A DNA stretch of 64,000 bases from an uncultured delta proteobacterium (GTDB lineage Bacteria; Desulfobacterota; Binatia; UBA9968), in NCBI GenBank assembly GCA_963760795.1, contig CAVXEP010000004.1, forward strand, positions 64,001 through 128,000. The letters are read 5' to 3'. Below, one piece after another: positions 60,871-64,000 of the stretch; the stretch's first letter is position 1, and every line of letters starts with the position of its first letter. The notes under the pieces were generated by a model. It saw only the letters and a program-made list of their open reading frames with translations. It had not been told where the DNA came from and did not search any database. Position numbers and translations under genes: made by a program.

Positions 60871-61764
60871 TCACTGTTTCAGCGCACCGAGAGCGATTAG
60901 CGTCTGCTTCACGTCTGCAAGCGCCTCAGCCGTCAGCGGCGCTTGCGGCGGCAACGGCGCGCCCACCGCGTAACCCTGAAGTTCGAGGGCGCCTTTGATG
61001 CAGGCGGCGAGATTGTATTTGGCGAAGGCCTGGTTGAGCGCCCACAGCGGCCGCTGCAACTCCATCGCTCGCGTCCAATCGCCGCGCCGGCAAGTCTCGT
61101 AAAGCGCAACACTCTGGCGCGGCGCGACACAGGCCGGCCCCGCCATCCAACCGACACCGCCGATCAACATGACCGTGGCGGGAATATGCGCCGACGCGGC
61201 AAAGACCTTCATCCGCCCCTGCACTTGATTCAGAATCGACAGGAGCCGGCCGGTATTGTTCGATGCGTCTTTGATATAACCGATGTTGGGAATCTGACTG
61301 AGCCGGTCAATCACCGGCAGGGTTAAATCGGAGCGCTGAAAGGTCGGATTGGTGTAAAGCACCACGGGGAGCGAAACTGCATCGGCAATCGCCTTGAAGT
61401 AATCGAACACGCCGCCGTCCGAGAGCGGGAAATAGGCTTCGAGAATGGCGAGAATGCCGCTCGCCCCCATCTGCGCGAACTCCCGCGCCTGCGCCGTCGC
61501 ATCCGCGATCGTCGTCGATGCCACCCCCGCCACCACCGGCACCCGCCCGCGCGCCGCCTCAATGACGACTTCAACCACCCGCCGCCGCTGCGCCCAGTTT
61601 AGATAGGCAAACTCACCGGTCGAACCGAGCGGCGTCAGGCCATGGACGCCGGCTTTAATAAGATCGTCGCACAGGCGCGCCAGAACATCGCTCTTGACGG
61701 CACCCGAGGAATCGATCGGCGAAACAAGATAGGGGAAAACGCCGTGGAAGTCGGGAGTTGCCAT
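60871..61764 (-). CDS. DapA/NanA (dihydrodipicolinate synthase) family aldolase/lyase
   Basis: GSTGEF, LYTNP, Schiff-base Lys in IKDAS. Confidence 0.9.
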   Translation of the reverse strand: MATPDFHGVFPYLVSPIDSSGAVKSDVLARLCDDLIKAGVHGLTPLGSTGEFAYLNWAQRRRVVEVVIEAARGRVPVVAGVASTTIADATAQAREFAQMGASGILAILEAYFPLSDGGVFDYFKAIADAVSLPVVLYTNPTFQRSDLTLPVIDRLSQIPNIGYIKDASNNTGRLLSILNQVQGRMKVFAASAHIPATVMLIGGVGWMAGPACVAPRQSVALYETCRRGDWTRAMELQRPLWALNQAFAKYNLAACIKGALELQGYAVGAPLPPQAPLTAEALADVKQTLIALGALKQ

Positions 61765-61807
61765 AATAGTCGTTGAACCAACGACGGTGATTTTTTTACC
61801 GGTTCGG

Positions 61808-62359
61808 CTAACCGGCGAGCCAGCGCAGTATCCGCAACCCGAGAGCGCCGGCCAATAGGGTCAACATGCCGAACGTCGGGTAGGCAGTTAAGCCAAACCC
61901 GGTTGCGCGCCCAGCGGCGCCGCGTTCGTAACCGCTGGCGAAAAGAATGCGGCCCACGACAAATAGTACCGCGGCCACCGGAATCGCCCGTAGCCAACTA
62001 TGCGGCATGACCGCCGCCCAAATCAAATAAGCGGCGACGGCAAGCACAGACTGCTCCAAGGTATTCTGCAAAATCGCCCGAAGCACCAACATGCGCGAGG
62101 TGCCGATAGTGAGCCCGCTGCCGTCGATATCTTCCGGCGTAGAGAATCGATGGTTCGCCACCCGCATGACCGAAATCATCAGAGTGAGGATCGGCAGCAC
62201 AGCCCACCGCAATCCCCATGCGAGTCGCGCCGCCGGTTCGTCCACGGGCAGCGCGCTTACAGGAATCAAGAACGTAACCCCGCACATGGCAAGCACCGCA
62301 CTTGCCACGGCGGGAATGACGCCGCGCACCACGCCTTTTTGCTTTTCGCTTAATTCCAC
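61808..62359 (-). CDS. MAPEG family membrane protein
   Basis: [20 protein letters not shown]; 4 TM. Confidence 0.75.
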   Translation of the reverse strand: MELSEKQKGVVRGVIPAVASAVLAMCGVTFLIPVSALPVDEPAARLAWGLRWAVLPILTLMISVMRVANHRFSTPEDIDGSGLTIGTSRMLVLRAILQNTLEQSVLAVAAYLIWAAVMPHSWLRAIPVAAVLFVVGRILFASGYERGAAGRATGFGLTAYPTFGMLTLLAGALGLRILRWLAG

Positions 62360-62412
62360 TTCGGCCGCAACGCCAAATCTTTGAACCGCAAATTAATCTC
62401 GATGGACAATTG

Positions 62413-62859
62413 TCATCGGGGCAGCGGTGACGAAAGCTCATCCAGTTCTTCCATCTCTTCTGCCGCATCGACAATGCTTTTCGTCCCGGTACAAATGCCG
62501 CTTTGAATATGCTTTTGCTCGGCTGCGACGTAAACCAGGTATTCTTTCTGCTCCTCGAACGGGAATCCGCACCCCTCTCCGGTAAGCCGCGTGACGACAA
62601 CGGTAGTCTCGGCCGCCGCGCCTTTCCACTGTTTCAATATTTCGAACTTAACTCGATGAGCGCCGGTGCGAGTGAGACCTATCCAATCCAAAGTTGGAAC
62701 ACTGATCTTGACGACTCTGCCCTTAAACACCACCGTAGACTGCTTCAACGCCTCGGCGGTTGTCGCCGGCGCGCTACAACTGCAGGCCCGGGCCGATCCC
62801 GTATGGCTGAAGTAAAAGACCAACGCACCGATAATGATTAGTAATTTGGCTGGTCTCAT
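62413..62859 (-). CDS. Exported TIMP/NTR-like protein
   Basis: Signal peptide ending ARA then CSC; VFKG.V, WKG, CGF.F...EYLVY, C..T. Confidence 0.7.
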   Translation of the reverse strand: MRPAKLLIIIGALVFYFSHTGSARACSCSAPATTAEALKQSTVVFKGRVVKISVPTLDWIGLTRTGAHRVKFEILKQWKGAAAETTVVVTRLTGEGCGFPFEEQKEYLVYVAAEQKHIQSGICTGTKSIVDAAEEMEELDELSSPLPR

Positions 62860-63130
62860 AACGCCTCGAAGGTTAACAAAAAGAATGCGCATTTTACACC
62901 TTAAAAACTGTCTTTTTAGAGAGCGCCACGACGACGACGCTCAACCGATCGGCGCAGCCACGCCGCGACTTGGGACGGCGCGGCGGCGAATTAGTGATGA
63001 ACTCCAACCCGGAGCGTCCCGCCATCTGATGACATCGCTTAGTTTTTTCAGTAGAGTCCCACCATGGCAGGCGACCCTGGGCGAGTAGCGTCACGGCGCC
63101 GGCTTGGTTGGATTACGGGAGGCGATTCAT

Positions 63131-64000
63131 TTGGAAACCGCGGCGCGTGAATTTCAGATCATGGTCAAGACTGTCGGGGCGATTTGCAACCTCGACTGTC
63201 ACTATTGCTATTACCTGGAGAAAGAGGATCTCTATCCCAAAGGCTCCAACTTTCGTCTCGACGACAAGACACTGGAAACCTACATCGAGCAGCATATCAA
63301 AGCGACGCCGGGGGAAACCGTCAGTTTCTCATGGCATGGCGGCGAGCCGACCTTGCTCGGCGTCGAGTTTTTCCGCAAGGCGGTGGATCTCCAGAAAAAG
63401 TATCTGCCGTCGAACAAAAAGATCATCAACGGCATCCAGACCAATGGCACGACCATCGATGATGAATGGTGCGAGTTCCTGGCCAAAGAGAATTTCTACA
63501 TTGGCCTGAGTCTGGACGGCCCGCGCGAGCTGCACGACCACTACCGCGTCACCAAGGGGCAGAAGACGACGCACAAACAAGTCGTCCAAGCCTTTCACAT
63601 GCTGCGCAAGGCCAAGGTCCACGTCGACCTGCTGTGCGTCGTCCACGATGTCAACGTCAAACATCCGACCCAGGTCTACCGCTATTTCAAAGAGATCGGC
63701 GGGCAATATCTGCAATTCCTGCCGCTGGTCGAAAAAACCGGCGACCCGAACAATCCGGTGCACCAGCGCTCGGTGCCGTCGGCTGCTTACGGCAAATTTC
63801 TGAGCACGATCTTCGACGAGTGGATGCGCCACGACATCGGCAAGGTGTTTATTCAGCTCTTCGATGAATCGGTGCGGCCGTTCCTGGGCATGGAGCACGC
63901 GTTGTGCATTTATCGCGAGACCTGCGGCGACGTGCCGGTGGTCGAGCATAACGGCGACTTTTACTCCTGCGACCATTATGTCTTGCCCGAATATAAAATC
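63131..64000 (+). CDS. Radical SAM anaerobic sulfatase maturase (anSME) family, runs off the window end
   Basis: GGGAGG RBS, TTG 63131; CNLDCHYCYY, WHGGEPTL, QTNG, SLDGP..LHD..R, YSCDH; absent from the ORF track because it has no stop. Confidence 0.9.
   Translation, partial: METAAREFQIMVKTVGAICNLDCHYCYYLEKEDLYPKGSNFRLDDKTLETYIEQHIKATPGETVSFSWHGGEPTLLGVEFFRKAVDLQKKYLPSNKKIINGIQTNGTTIDDEWCEFLAKENFYIGLSLDGPRELHDHYRVTKGQKTTHKQVVQAFHMLRKAKVHVDLLCVVHDVNVKHPTQVYRYFKEIGGQYLQFLPLVEKTGDPNNPVHQRSVPSAAYGKFLSTIFDEWMRHDIGKVFIQLFDESVRPFLGMEHALCIYRETCGDVPVVEHNGDFYSCDHYVLPEYKI

Noticed and set aside
1-64000. tRNA-Sec (selC), selA, selB, selD, other tRNA/rRNA, transposases, integrases
   Set aside because: None recognised by eye; Sec machinery would have to lie outside the window and remains unverified

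Overview
GC-rich bacterial chromosome segment, mostly catabolic and transport genes: seven ABC substrate-binding proteins (SBPs) with no ABC permease or ATPase, a TAXI-TRAP pair, three Rieske oxygenase alpha subunits, three luciferase-like monooxygenases (one decayed), two MmgE/PrpD proteins, three MFS transporters, a Mo-bisPGD enzyme, bolA-grxD and a ygiB/ygiC-type ATP-grasp operon. Gene content suggests a Candidatus Binatia-like deltaproteobacterium (inference only). The ORF track misses three probable selenoproteins, each with an in-frame TGA at the first position of a UxxC motif: a SelL/PRXL2-like redoxin (8462-9004), a peroxiredoxin-like redoxin (39193-39696) and a GrdB-type reductase selenoprotein B (58396-59736). 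The best candidate for an undescribed system is the grdB cluster (53714-61764): one GrdB, two divergent GrdE-like partners, two SBPs, a DapA-family enzyme and a peptidase E, with no grdA/C/D or thioredoxin genes. Many intergenic gaps carry short palindromic repeats of several families; one sits in frame inside a coding sequence and one is nested in another. About ten genes carry single-base frameshifts, probably long-read errors. No rRNA, tRNA, CRISPR array or transposase was recognised. All family calls come from motif reading, not database searches.
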